A DNA stretch of 64,000 nucleotides from an uncultured Gemmatimonadales bacterium. Its GTDB lineage: Bacteria; Gemmatimonadota; Gemmatimonadetes; Gemmatimonadales; Gemmatimonadaceae. The position numbers and the translations under genes were made by a program. The notes beneath the pieces were generated by a model, which saw nothing but the letters and a program-made list of their open reading frames with translations, did not search any database and was not told the origin of the DNA. Shown piece after piece: positions 1 through 10,807 of the stretch (positions within the stretch are counted from its first letter, which is position 1; each line of letters starts with the position of its first letter). The DNA lies in NCBI GenBank assembly GCA_963793305.1, contig CAWBZV010000003.1:1510634-1574633 (forward strand). The letters are read 5' to 3'.

Positions 1-259
1 CCGCCAGATCCTCGACCTGGGTACGCCAGGTGATCGCGCCTGGCGCCGGCGATCGGCCTCCGCCACGCTGGTCGTAGAACGTCGTTTCACGGCGCTCGGC
101 CAGGTGCAGCAACTGGGGCTGTAGGTACCGCTGGTCAGCCCCAGGACCGCCGTGCACAACAAGTAAGCGCGACCCGCCGCCCCAGGAGGCCCAATAGAGC
201 GGGACAGGTGTCGTGGCGGTAAACCCTTCTACCCGCGGCGCCGGGATCGGGAGAGGCAC
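1..259 (-). CDS. alpha/beta hydrolase, proline iminopeptidase-like (N-terminal part; runs off the window)
   Basis: Manual translation from GTG 259: MPLPIPAPRVEGFTATTPVPLYWASWGGGSRLLVVHGGPGADQRYLQPQLLHLAERRETTFYDQRGGGRS. HGGPG and YDQRGxGRS motifs present. Not in the ORF track. Confidence 0.85.
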   Translation of the reverse strand, partial: MPLPIPAPRVEGFTATTPVPLYWASWGGGSRLLVVHGGPGADQRYLQPQLLHLAERRETTFYDQRGGGRSPAPGAITWRTQVEDLA

Positions 260-271
260 CCAACGAAAATA

Positions 272-3039
272 CTATCGGCCGAGCCAGTAACTGAACTTGA
301 TGATGAAAATGTCGTCCGGGATCGACCGGAAGAGGGCATTCTCGCCGTGCCCGAGCGCAAAGTCGGCGGTCGGCGTGTAGAGGTTCGTGTTCGCCCGGGT
401 CTGCTGCCAGACGAGATAGATGGTCGACCCACGCCGATACTCCCACCGGAGCACGGCATTCCCGCGCAACAATCGCGTATTGAAGTCGGGATTCAACGTC
501 TGATACGCGGTGGCGCCGCCAACGGGGTCGATCTGGACGTTCCCGTTCGACAGCAGCGTCGACGGATCGACCGTCATGGCCACCTGTCGCCAATGCGAGA
601 ACTCGCTGAAGTCGTAGTAATGCCCGGTGCCGAGCAAGGGCTGGGCGTAGACCTGCAGGGAGAGCGACGGCGTGAACGTCACGTTGACGCGCGTGTCCAT
701 CGACAGCGTCGACTGATGCAGCGACGAGAAAATGTACCGGCTTCCGTAATACACCCGCGGCGACAACACGTCTTTTCCGGCGACGGCGATCGTCGTGTCG
801 TACTGGTTGTTCGTCCAGTAGACGTCGAGCGTCGGACCAAAGCTCAATGTGACGTTCGATGCGGGCTTGAGGAGCAGCGTCACTTGCGGCGTCCACTCGC
901 GCTCGGGCGCGTTGACGCCCGCCGGAGTGCTCGACGTTCGCGCTCAACACCATGGCCTTGCGATTGTCGGTGTTGGCGAAGACGTTGAAGTCGTTGATGC
1001 CGCGCTGCTCGAACACGGGCCCGCCACGCGCGATCTGGTCATTGAGCGTCGTCGGCCGGTGGATCACGAAGCCCTGGACGTGCCAGAAGTTCGGCAGGTC
1101 CATGCCGATGAACGCGTGATATTGGACCATCGTGAGGTCGCCATCGGCGTTGTACTGCCGCTGCGTGCCGATGGTCGTATAAATGTTCCGATACCACGAG
1201 TGCGGATGCGTCCACTGGCGGCCGAGGTTCGCGCCGAAGTACTCGTAGTCCGCTCGCCGCTGGAATGCCAGGTCGTTCACCTCGAACCCGGGACTCCGAA
1301 GGTTCGTCGCGGCTTCCCACAGCCAGTCGCCGTTGTCCTTGGCGAGTCGGAGATAGCTCCCCCAGCCTCTGAGCAACGTCATCGTCGTATCGTACCGATC
1401 GTCGAAGAGCCCACCGACGACAGACTTGCGATCGGGCCGTTGGAAGTAATGCGCGCTCGACTGCATCGTGTGCTCGATCGCCGTCGGGCTGCCCGCGACG
1501 TCCGTGACGGCGACGCTTCCCATCAGCGAGTAGTTCCGATTGTTCCACGTATGCAGGAAGTCGATACCCGCGGCCTCGGCGTGCGTGTGCAGGCTGTCGC
1601 GGAGCGTGTCCGTATCCAGGCTGCGCGCGGTCGAGGTGACCATTGCGCCCACGACGGTCGCGCCCTGGCGGAACTCTTGCTTGACGCGACCGACGAAGTA
1701 GTTGCTCAACGGCTCGACGATCGTGCGCCAGATCTCGTTCGGGTTGCGTCGGCGTGCCGACGAAGTGCGCGCTCTCTTGGTTCGTCAGCGCGTCGAGCAC
1801 GCCGATCGAGAGGCCGTCTTGCGTCCGACCCGTGATCTTCGCGGCGCCGAGAATTTGCGTGTTGGATGGCACGCTGTAGTAGGCCGTGGACGAGCTGTTA
1901 ATGATGTTCCCCGACAGCTGCGGCGTCCGCCCGATCCGGCGCGAGTAGAAGAGGCTCATCGACTCGACATTGCTGCAGAACATGCAGTTGAAGCCGCCGT
2001 AGTCGAACGCGTTCGCGCCCGACACGAAAAATGGTCGCTTCTCCGGGTAGAACGTCTCGAATGGGCTCAGGTTGATGACGGCCGGGTCCAGGTCGACCTG
2101 CCCGAAGTCCGGATTGACGGTGGCGTCGAGCGTCAGACTCGAACTCAAGAGGTACTTGAGATCGCCGCCGGCCCGAATCTGTTGCCGGTTGACCGGGTCG
2201 ATCGGATTGCCCCGATTGAGGCCGGTCGCCTCCTCTTGGGCGAGGGTATAGGGCAGGAGCTCGAGTTGGCCGGGACGGTGGTCGATGACGAGCCCCGTGA
2301 GATGCCCGAAGCGCGACGCGCCACTCGCCTCGTTGCGCTTGTAGAACGCCCACTGATCGCGCTCGTTGAGCCGATCGATCACGCGCACGATCTGCAAGCC
2401 CCACGTCTGGTTCGTATCTCTCGAAAACCGCAGTTGCGAAAACGGGATGCGAATCTCGGCGGTCCAGCCCAGTGAGTCGATGCGGGTAGCGACCTGCCAG
2501 ATCGGGTCCCACGACGGGTCGAGACAGTTCTGACCGACCGCGTACTGGTCGCCGATCACGCCCGAGGGGTTGACCTCGAAGACGTCGCGCGTGAGGTGAT
2601 CATGATAGGGGTCGAGCGTGATCGTCAGCTTGTCCGATGTAATCTGCGCCTGCGGCCCGCACTCCTGATCGAGCAGGTCGTCGCGGCGTGCCAGCCGCGT
2701 CCGGACGCCGGGCGCGCCCAGCGAGTCGTACATGCGGGCGCCGATGTACAGCGCGTCATCATCGTAGAGAAAACGCACTTCGGTGCGCTGCGTCCCGGGT
2801 GGGCCCTCGGCCGGTTGCGTTTGCTGGAACGTCGTCGCGGCCGGCGCCGTCTGCCACGCGGGCTCATCCAGCTTTCCGTCGAGCGTGATCTCACCCGTGA
2901 GTCGCACGGCGCGCACAAGAGGCGGCGGCGTAGCATGGACATATCCGCTCCCGGTCTGAGCGGCAACAGAATGACCAAGCGCAGACCAATACGAAACACG
3001 CAGCGTTCCGGAGCACGCCAACTTGGACGCACGAAACAA
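272..3039 (-). CDS. DUF5916 / CBM9-like sugar-binding domain outer-membrane protein, split by two frameshifts (about 1741 and 914-939)
   Basis: N-terminus ITLDGKLDEPAW...TEVRFLYDDDALYIGARMYD and TLDATVNPDFGQV...FETFYPEKRPFF in the 1039..3039 frame; middle in the 135..1709 frame; C-terminus LRGNAVLRWEYRRGSTIYLVWQQ...FIIKFSYW in the 272..883 frame. Confidence 0.85.
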
Positions 3040-3087
3040 CTAAAAGGTTTGATAGCCTTGCGGCGCCGGGGTTGTAAATTGGACCCC

Positions 3088-4422
3088 ATGTCGACCTCCC
3101 TCTCACTCGTCGCCGCATCAGTCTTGACGGCGTGCACGCTGGCTGCGCAGCAGCCGAGCGCCCCGGTTGTCACCGTGCTCCACGCCGCGAAGCTGTGGGA
3201 TGGCACCGGCGCGCCGCCGATCTCCAATGCGGTCATTGTCGTGACAGGAGACCGTATCACCGCGGTCGGCCCTGCGTCGAAAGTGTCAATTCCGGCAGGC
3301 GCCCACACGCTCGATCTGGGCTCCGCCACCTTGGTGCCGGGGTTTATCGACGCCCACACGCACATTATCGGTCGGACCCTGAGCGACCCGGCCGAAGACG
3401 AAGCGGTCGTCAAAGATTACCAGAGCTACGGCGCGATCATCGGCGTATCCAACGCGCGAAAGACCCTGATGGCGGGATTCACGTCGATCCGCAACGTCGG
3501 TGCGCCGGGCTTCGATGACATGGCGCTGCGCGCGGCCGTCGACGCCGATGTCGTTCCGGGACCCCGGATGGAAAACGCGGGTCATGCCACTGGCATCACC
3601 GGCGGCCACTGCGACGAGAACGGCTGGCGCCCCGGCCTCGAGGACCACGACTACCGCGACGGTGTGGCCGATGGTGCGGATGAGGGACGCAAAGCCGTCC
3701 GCTATCAGGTGAAGTACGGCGCCGACGTCATCAAGATCTGCGCATCGGGCGGCGTGCTGTCCGAGGGTGATGCCGTCGGTGCCACGCAATACACGCTCGA
3801 GGAAATGAAGGCCATCGTCGACGAAGCGAGAAAGCTCGGACGCAAGGTCGCCGCACACGCTCACGGGACCGAGGCGATCAAGCTCGCCGTGCAGGCCGGC
3901 GTCTCGTCGATCGAGCACGGCTCGTTCCTCGACGAGGAAGGAGCGAAAATGATGGTGGCGCACGGCACGTATCTCGTGCCCACGCTGTCGGCCGGCGAAG
4001 TGGTCGAGAACGCTGCGAAAAGCGGCCGGCTCAAGGGCCTGCGGGCACAGAAGGCCATGGCGGCGGCACAGTCGATCCGCAACTCGATCAAGCTCGCCGT
4101 CCGGTTGAACGTCCTCATCGCCCTCGGCACCGACGCCGGCGTCGGAGAGCACGGCGCCAACGCACGGGAGTTCCGCCTCATGGTCGACTGGGGTGGCATG
4201 ACCCCCACCCAGGCTCTCATTGCTGGCACATCCAGCGCCGCCAAACTGCTCGGATGGCAGGACCGGGTTGGGACCCTGGAGGCAAACAAATACGCCGACA
4301 TCGTCGCCGTCCCCGGCGACCCCACGAGCGACATCACGGTAACTGAGCACCCGGTGTTCGTCATGAAGGGCGGAAGGATCTACAAAGCCCCCGAAGGAAC
4401 GCAGACTGCCTTGATGTTCTAG
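3088..4422 (+). CDS. secreted metal-dependent amidohydrolase (Xaa-Pro dipeptidase-like)
   Basis: Signal peptide; PGFIDAHTH, GADVIKI, VAAHAHG, SIEHG, GTDAG motifs. ATG 3088 is 7 nt after TAAATT. Confidence 0.9.
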   Translation: MSTSLSLVAASVLTACTLAAQQPSAPVVTVLHAAKLWDGTGAPPISNAVIVVTGDRITAVGPASKVSIPAGAHTLDLGSATLVPGFIDAHTHIIGRTLSDPAEDEAVVKDYQSYGAIIGVSNARKTLMAGFTSIRNVGAPGFDDMALRAAVDADVVPGPRMENAGHATGITGGHCDENGWRPGLEDHDYRDGVADGADEGRKAVRYQVKYGADVIKICASGGVLSEGDAVGATQYTLEEMKAIVDEARKLGRKVAAHAHGTEAIKLAVQAGVSSIEHGSFLDEEGAKMMVAHGTYLVPTLSAGEVVENAAKSGRLKGLRAQKAMAAAQSIRNSIKLAVRLNVLIALGTDAGVGEHGANAREFRLMVDWGGMTPTQALIAGTSSAAKLLGWQDRVGTLEANKYADIVAVPGDPTSDITVTEHPVFVMKGGRIYKAPEGTQTALMF

Positions 4423-4427
4423 GGGGG

Positions 4428-4498
4428 TCCGGGGGGCGTAGTTGGGGTTTGCCCCCCGGAGGCGAACCGACCAGTCGAGCAGCGCTAGCTGCATCGAC
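4428..4498. repeat. intergenic double hairpin (REP-like)
   Basis: TCCGGGGGGC (4428-4437) pairs with GCCCCCCGGA (4451-4460); second stem GTCGA-GCAGC/GCTGC-a-TCGAC at 4474-4498. Confidence 0.55.
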
Positions 4499-4559
4499 GA
4501 GCCGCGGAGCGGCTCAATAGCCGTTACCTCCCCACGTGGCCGCGGGTCTGTCTTGAGGC

Positions 4560-6158
4560 ATGGATTACTCGGTCACGTTCGCCCGTCACTTCTCACGGCT
4601 CGTTTGGCTCCTCGCCCACGAACCGGAGTCAGTCGACGAGCAAAAGGCTGCTTTGCGCGCGGCGGTTACGGTCTCCCGAACGGGGGTCGTAACCCTCCGC
4701 GCTGAGAGCGGTCAACTTGTCGTCAACGGTGCACCGTTACCGGAAGCGTTGACCGGTGTGCAGGACCTCGTCACGACCTTCACGGGGCACGCGGTCAACG
4801 AGATGATCGTCGATATGGGCGCGCTGCCGGCCGACATCCTCGGCACTGCCCGTATCCTCGGCTCCGCGCCAGTTCAAGCGGGCCCCGACCAGGGGAAAGA
4901 GGTCGACGCCAAGCTCCGGGCGCTCGCACCCCGCACCGTGCGGGTGTCGCTGCGCCGCGCGCGCCGGCAATCGACCCCCCTGGGGGTCCCTGTCATCCCG
5001 CCACCCGGGGCGCCTCAGCAGGTGCCCGCCGCGGTAGCCGCCCGGGTCAATGGCCTGCAGCCCGCCACGGTCTCGAATCGGGTCAGCGACTTCCAGCACG
5101 ATGTCACGAACGAGATCGTTCGCGAATTCACGACCCTCGAACGGCAGAAAGAGTCGCCCGAGGAGCTCCTGGCAAAGCTCAACGTCACGAACTCGGTGTC
5201 CGCGACCTCGCGACTCCTCGACGTTGTCGTCGGCATGATCGAAGGCGCCGCGCGCGAGTCGAAACCACTCGTGGTCGCCGATCTCTTCCTCCGCGTCGTT
5301 CGCGGTGAGGCGAGCAAGGCTGACCCCGAGGTCAAGCGCGCGTATGCCGCGGCCATCCGCCGGCTGTGCAAGCCGACGACGCTGCGCAGCGTGGCGGGCA
5401 TCCTGCCGAAGCGGAAAGACCGCGTGAACGACTACCTGGCCATCCTCGCCCGGACCGGCGAAGAAGGCGCCGAGGCGCTCATCGAGCAGCTCACGGCGGC
5501 ACAATCGTTGTCCGAGCGGCGCATCTTTTTCGACGCGCTCGTCACGCTCAAATCCGGCACGTCGACGCTCACGCACATGCTCGGCGACGCGCGCTGGTAC
5601 GTGGCGCGCAACGCCGCGGACCTCCTCGGCGAGCTCAATTGCCTCGAGGCCGAGGGCGCGCTCGCCGATCTCTTGCGGCACGATGATGACCGCGTCCGGC
5701 GCGCCGCGACGAACGCGCTGGCCAAGCTCGGCACGCCGCAGTCCCGTGTGGCGCTCAAGAAGGCGCTCAAGGATACGTCGCCGCAGGTGCGCGCCACCGC
5801 CGCCGCGGGGCTCGTCGGCAAGAACGGCAAGGAGACCGCGGCCACATTGCTCCGCGCCCTCGACAACGAGCCAGACCTCGAGGTCCAGATCGCCATCCTC
5901 GGCGCCCTCGGCCGCATGGCCGACCCCGAATCGGTCGATCGCTTGATCAAGGCCGCCGAACCCGACGGCCGGCTCTTCAAGCGCAAGCCCCCCGCCTTCC
6001 GGATCGCCGCCGTCGCCGCACTCGGCGACGCCCGCACGCCCGCGGCATTGACCGCTCTGCAAGAGCTCACGAACGATCGCGACAAAGACGTGCGCGACGC
6101 CACGGCACGTGCCCTAGGGCAGCGCGCTAGCGAGCCGAGAAGTCTGTCTTCGGCGTAA
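4560..6158 (+). CDS. HEAT-repeat domain protein
   Basis: Repeated motifs DARWYVARNAADLLGEL, DDRVRRAATNALAKLG, SPQVRATAAAGL, DKDVRDATARALG. Confidence 0.85.
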   Translation: MDYSVTFARHFSRLVWLLAHEPESVDEQKAALRAAVTVSRTGVVTLRAESGQLVVNGAPLPEALTGVQDLVTTFTGHAVNEMIVDMGALPADILGTARILGSAPVQAGPDQGKEVDAKLRALAPRTVRVSLRRARRQSTPLGVPVIPPPGAPQQVPAAVAARVNGLQPATVSNRVSDFQHDVTNEIVREFTTLERQKESPEELLAKLNVTNSVSATSRLLDVVVGMIEGAARESKPLVVADLFLRVVRGEASKADPEVKRAYAAAIRRLCKPTTLRSVAGILPKRKDRVNDYLAILARTGEEGAEALIEQLTAAQSLSERRIFFDALVTLKSGTSTLTHMLGDARWYVARNAADLLGELNCLEAEGALADLLRHDDDRVRRAATNALAKLGTPQSRVALKKALKDTSPQVRATAAAGLVGKNGKETAATLLRALDNEPDLEVQIAILGALGRMADPESVDRLIKAAEPDGRLFKRKPPAFRIAAVAALGDARTPAALTALQELTNDRDKDVRDATARALGQRASEPRSLSSA

Positions 6159-7194
6159 TCGCCCGGCAGGTGGCAGCGAGCAGCGACGCGGTCCGATCGA
6201 GATCGTCGAGACTCACGGTCTCGTTGGGCGAATGCATGTAGCGATTGGGCACGGACACGAGCGCCGTCGCAACGCCTTCGCGCGCGAGATGGATCGCGTC
6301 CGCGTCGGTGCTCGTGTCGCGCCCCGCGGCATGGACACTGTAGGGAATGCCGTCCCGCTCCGCGGTATCGCGAAGCAGCGAGAAGAGCACGGGCGAGATG
6401 ATCGACCCACGCGCCAGCACCGGCCCGCTGCCGAGCTTGTGGTCGCCGTACTCCTTCTTCTCGATGCCCGGATGATCCGTCGCGAACGTCACGTCGACGA
6501 CGATGGCGGCCTGCGGGCTCACGCCGACGGCGCCGACGAGCGCGCCACCGCCGTGATAGGCGATCTCCTCCTGTGTCGTCGCCACGGCGACCACGCGCGC
6601 CGCGCCCGGTGACTCGGCGTAGCGCCGCAACGCCTCGAGCACGATAAACGCACCGATGCGATTATCGATGGACCGCGACACCAGGCGCCCATTCGGAAAA
6701 TCGACGGCGCGCGCGTCGATGACGCCGGGATCGCCGACGGCCACTCGCGCCTCGGCCTCGGCACGCGACGCCGCGCCGATGTCGACCCACAGGTCGGTGA
6801 TCTTCGTCGCTTTGTCCCGATCTTCGTTCTTGATGAGATGGATGGGCTTCCGCCCGACGACTCCAACGACGTCCCCGGCGCGTCCCAGGAACACGACCCG
6901 CTGCCCCACGAGCACCTGCGCATCCCACCCACCGATGTTCGAGAAGTAGAGGTACCCATCGTCGTCGATGTACGTGAGGATGAGCCCGATCTCGTCGACA
7001 TGCCCCGCGAGCATGATCGTCGGCGCCCCCTTCGCGTTCACGGTCGCAATGCTATTCCCGACCACGTCACCTCTCACGTCCGCAAAACTCTTGGCGCGTT
7101 CGCGCCAGACCTGCGCGGGCCGAGCTTCGAAGCCCGACGGTCCTGGACTGTCCAGCAGATGCTTGAGAAAGGCGATCGAATCGTGATTGAGCAT
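6127..7194 (-). CDS. M42 family metallo-aminopeptidase
   Basis: PGPSGFE, LAGHVDEIG, SIDNRIG, TTQEEI, RYMHSPNE motifs. Confidence 0.92.
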   Translation of the reverse strand: MLNHDSIAFLKHLLDSPGPSGFEARPAQVWRERAKSFADVRGDVVGNSIATVNAKGAPTIMLAGHVDEIGLILTYIDDDGYLYFSNIGGWDAQVLVGQRVVFLGRAGDVVGVVGRKPIHLIKNEDRDKATKITDLWVDIGAASRAEAEARVAVGDPGVIDARAVDFPNGRLVSRSIDNRIGAFIVLEALRRYAESPGAARVVAVATTQEEIAYHGGGALVGAVGVSPQAAIVVDVTFATDHPGIEKKEYGDHKLGSGPVLARGSIISPVLFSLLRDTAERDGIPYSVHAAGRDTSTDADAIHLAREGVATALVSVPNRYMHSPNETVSLDDLDRTASLLAATCRAITPKTDFSAR

Positions 7195-7195
7195 G

Positions 7196-8080
7196 TCAGG
7201 CTATGGGTAGAGCGCATTCGGGGCGCGGAGCACCAAACAGCGCAGGGTGAAAAATCGCGGCCAGCGTTTCGACTCCATCTATGAGCCGTGGTCCCGGCCG
7301 GCTCAACAGCGAGTTTGCGTCAATGGCCCAGACCGGGACCTCGGGTAACCACGCCAACTCGCGCGCCGCCTGAGCGGCACGGTGTACATCATAGCCGCAC
7401 GGAGCCACCAGCACAATGTCTGGTTGCGCGGCGATGATCGCTTCACGGGGCACGACCGTGGAATGCGCCCCCGGGGTGCCCACGACGTCGGCGCCGCCCG
7501 CGCGACGAGCCATCTCCGGCACCCAGTGTCCGGCGATGAACACTGGGTCGGTCCACTCGATGACGACCACTCGCGGCCGCGGCGCTCTCGCAGCCTTGAG
7601 TCTCTGATGGACGTCTTCGACCCTCGCCCGTAGCGCGGCAGCCAATCGCACGCCGGCGTCGGCGTCGCCGAACGCGCACGCGACGTCACGGATATCGCCA
7701 AGGACGCCGTCGAGAGTCGACGCTGAGAGAGTAGCGATGCGCGGTCGCGGCGTCAGCCGCGCTGCGTACAACCGGCACTCCGTCTCGCTGACCGCGCACA
7801 CCTCACACAACGCCTGCGTAACGATGAGGTCGGGCGCGAGAGTCTCCACGAGATCCCAGTCGACTGTATACAACGGGTGACCATTGGCGACGTACGTGCG
7901 AACGCTCGCGTCGACGCTAGCAGCGTCGGCCGTGTGATCGATGGCTGTCGACGTCACTCGCGGCAGGTGCTTCACATGAGCCGGGTAATCGCACTCATGA
8001 CTCACGCCGACGAGTTGGTCAGAACGTCCGAGCGCGGCAACGATCTCGGTGCCGCTGGGCAAAAGCGAGACGATATTCAT
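7196..8080 (-). CDS. cobalamin/iron-siderophore-type substrate-binding protein (BtuF-like)
   Basis: MNIVSLLPSGTEIVAALG, VGVSHECDYP, PDLIVTQALCEVCAV, SRPGPRLIDGVE. Confidence 0.85.
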   Translation of the reverse strand: MNIVSLLPSGTEIVAALGRSDQLVGVSHECDYPAHVKHLPRVTSTAIDHTADAASVDASVRTYVANGHPLYTVDWDLVETLAPDLIVTQALCEVCAVSETECRLYAARLTPRPRIATLSASTLDGVLGDIRDVACAFGDADAGVRLAAALRARVEDVHQRLKAARAPRPRVVVIEWTDPVFIAGHWVPEMARRAGGADVVGTPGAHSTVVPREAIIAAQPDIVLVAPCGYDVHRAAQAARELAWLPEVPVWAIDANSLLSRPGPRLIDGVETLAAIFHPALFGAPRPECALPIA

Positions 8081-8136
8081 GTATTTACAGCGCCGTGACT
8101 TTACGATACCGTTTATCCGATCTTCACGGAGGATAC

Positions 8137-9567
8137 ATGACTCACGTTCGTCCGCGCGCGTTGGCCTTGGGTTTCGCGCTCGCTCTCTTACCCGCGAGCA
8201 CCTGGGCCCAAGGATTCGGGCTGAACGAGATTGGAACCTGTGCGGAAGCGCGCGGGTTCGCCAATACCGGCGCCCCTTGCCACGATGCGTCGTCGATCTA
8301 CTGGAACCCGGCCGCAACCCCCTCGTTGCCTGGGTTCTCGATATATGGGGGAGCGTCCGCCATACGCCTGATGGGCGGCTTCAGGCAGGACACGACGGGT
8401 CACCAGTACAACTCGAACGTGCCCGTGGTCGTCCCCCCGGCCGTGTTCGTGAATTTCTCCAACATGATCGGCCCGAACAAGTACGCCCTCGGGTTCGGCT
8501 TCTACGTCCCGTACGGTCTGATCTCGCAGTGGCGCGATGACTTTCCGGGTCGGTTCGCCTCGTCGCGTGCCTCGATCAACACGTACTACCTGCAGCCGAA
8601 CCTCGCCATCGAGATCATTCCATCGGTCCTCTCGATCGGCGGCGGACCCGTGATCGGGATCTCGTCGATCCGGCTCGACCAGGCGCTGGATCTGTCGACC
8701 TTCCCGGTTCCCGGCGCGCCGCTCGGCACCACGTTCGCGGAGCTCGGCATCGCGCCTGGCACCGAGGCCGGGACGGTGACGCTCAAGAGCGCCAACGAGG
8801 TTGCTCCCGGCTTCAATGTCGGCGTGCACGCGAACCTGCTGCCGACGCTGCAGATCGGCGCACGGTACCTCTCGCATCTCGTGTTCGACTACAAGAATGG
8901 GACGGCGTCGTTCCGTCAGGTCGAAACAGGCCTGGTGCTCGCCGCGAATAACCCGCTCGGCCTGCCCGGCGGCACGCCGGTCGACGGCGTTCTCGCGCCG
9001 TCCTTCACCGGAACCGGGCCGTTCACGAATCAGGGCGTGGCGACGAAGATCACCCACCCCTATCAGTTCCAGGTCGGGCTCGGGTACACGGGCCTGAGCC
9101 AGACGACGATCTCCGTCGACTACGCACTGGTCGGCTGGTCCGAGTTCCAGTCACTGCCGATTGTATTCCAGGGACCCGCCGCCGCGAACAGTCAGACGAT
9201 TCTCGCCAACTATACGGACTCGTGGTCGATCCGGTCCGGTCTCGAGCACGTATTCGGCGACCCGGTCGTCGGATTCATCGGGCGGCTGGGATTCAGCTAC
9301 GCCAAGACTCCGGTGCCGCGCGATGCGGTCGTCCCACTTCTCCCCGATATGAATCGCTTCAACTACTCGGCCGGCATCGGCTATCCGCTGAGCAAGCACA
9401 CGGCGATCGACCTCTCCTACATTCACGTCGGGACGGAAGGCCGGCGCGGCCTCATCGTGCAGCGCACGACGACGGTGAACAACAACCTGAATTACACGCA
9501 GCTCGACGATGGGTTCTACACGCTCGCCGCGAATGTCGTGTCCTTGAGCCTCAAACTCGGTTTCTAA
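8137..9567 (+). CDS. OmpP1/FadL family outer-membrane transporter
   Basis: GGAGG RBS; signal peptide then GFGLNEIG; DASSIYWNPA; GFGFYVPYGL; C-terminal Phe. Confidence 0.88.
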   Translation: MTHVRPRALALGFALALLPASTWAQGFGLNEIGTCAEARGFANTGAPCHDASSIYWNPAATPSLPGFSIYGGASAIRLMGGFRQDTTGHQYNSNVPVVVPPAVFVNFSNMIGPNKYALGFGFYVPYGLISQWRDDFPGRFASSRASINTYYLQPNLAIEIIPSVLSIGGGPVIGISSIRLDQALDLSTFPVPGAPLGTTFAELGIAPGTEAGTVTLKSANEVAPGFNVGVHANLLPTLQIGARYLSHLVFDYKNGTASFRQVETGLVLAANNPLGLPGGTPVDGVLAPSFTGTGPFTNQGVATKITHPYQFQVGLGYTGLSQTTISVDYALVGWSEFQSLPIVFQGPAAANSQTILANYTDSWSIRSGLEHVFGDPVVGFIGRLGFSYAKTPVPRDAVVPLLPDMNRFNYSAGIGYPLSKHTAIDLSYIHVGTEGRRGLIVQRTTTVNNNLNYTQLDDGFYTLAANVVSLSLKLGF

Positions 9568-9570
9568 GCC

Positions 9571-10785
9571 ATGACTCGATATCTCTCGATGAGCCTCGCC
9601 GCCGCGATGATTGCGCTCGCGGCCTGCGATTCCGACAAGATCGTCACTCCGCCCGCGACCTCGCTCAACACCGGGATCTTCAAGAGCTACGTCGCGATCG
9701 GTAACAGCATCACGGCCGGCTACCAATCGGGCGGCATCGTCGACTCGACGCAGCAGGAGAGCTTTGCCTTCCTCCTGGCGCAAGCGGCCGGCACCCGATA
9801 CGCCTATCCCGCGTTCACGGTGCCCGGCTGCCCGCCGCCGATCGCGAACTTCCAGACCGGCGCGCGACTCGACAACGGGACGGCCACGACTTGCCTCGGG
9901 CGCGACCCGAGCAAAGTCAGCGCGATCCTGAACAACGTCGCGGTGCCCGGCGCCGCCGTCGCGGACTTGACGGCGCTCACGACCGCGAACTCGAACGCGC
10001 TCACGACGTTCATCCTCGGCGGCCAGACCCAGATCCAGAAAGCGCTCGCCGCGTCGCCGACCTTCGTGACCGTCGAAATCGGCAATAACGATGTGCTCCC
10101 GGCGGCCCTCTCGGGCATCCCGGTTCCCACGGCGGGAGTCTCCCCGGGGATCACACCCGTCGACTCGTTCGAGATCCAATACGCCCGGGCCATCAACCAG
10201 CTGACGTCAGCCCAGCCGAAACTCAAGGGCGTCCTGCTCGGCGTCTTCAACGTCACCCTGATCGGCGCGCTGTTCCCGATCGACAGCGTGATCAACAACC
10301 CGCTCCTCGGCGCCGAAGTCGACGCCGCGGCGGGGCACGCGATCACCTACGCGCCCGATTGTGTGAACAGCGGCGCGCTCTTGTCGCTTGAGGTGCTGCC
10401 ACTGATTGCGTCGGGCGAGGTTCCGCCGATCATCGGGTGCGCCGATGCCAACCCCTTCACGCTCTCGGTGGACAAGATCGGACTCTTCGTCGGCACTGTG
10501 CAGGCATACAACGGCTACATCCAGGCGAAAGCCGACTCGATCGGGTTCGCGTACATGGACCCGAATCCGCTCCTCCTTCAACTGCGAGCGATCGATTCGA
10601 TTCCGCCATACCCGAACTTCGCCAGCGCGACCCACCCGTTCGGATCCTTCATTACGCTCGACGGCATTCACCCGTCGGCAGCCGCGCACCAGCTGATCGC
10701 CGCCGCCATGATCGCCAAGATCGACAGCGTGTACGGGCTAACGATCGGCCAGAATATGCTCGCTCAGCGCGTCGCCCGGCGGTAA
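9571..10785 (+). CDS. SGNH/GDSL hydrolase lipoprotein
   Basis: Lipobox LAAC; YVAIGNSITAG, NNVAVPGA, IGNNDVL, LDGIHP; directly after the FadL-like gene. Confidence 0.85.
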   Translation: MTRYLSMSLAAAMIALAACDSDKIVTPPATSLNTGIFKSYVAIGNSITAGYQSGGIVDSTQQESFAFLLAQAAGTRYAYPAFTVPGCPPPIANFQTGARLDNGTATTCLGRDPSKVSAILNNVAVPGAAVADLTALTTANSNALTTFILGGQTQIQKALAASPTFVTVEIGNNDVLPAALSGIPVPTAGVSPGITPVDSFEIQYARAINQLTSAQPKLKGVLLGVFNVTLIGALFPIDSVINNPLLGAEVDAAAGHAITYAPDCVNSGALLSLEVLPLIASGEVPPIIGCADANPFTLSVDKIGLFVGTVQAYNGYIQAKADSIGFAYMDPNPLLLQLRAIDSIPPYPNFASATHPFGSFITLDGIHPSAAAHQLIAAAMIAKIDSVYGLTIGQNMLAQRVARR

Positions 10786-10807
10786 AGCGGAATCGCGGGG
10801 TCGCGCG

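Noticed and set aside
8081..8136. Cobalamin riboswitch upstream of the BtuF-like gene
   Set aside because: The intergenic space is only 56 nt and no B12-box is visible.
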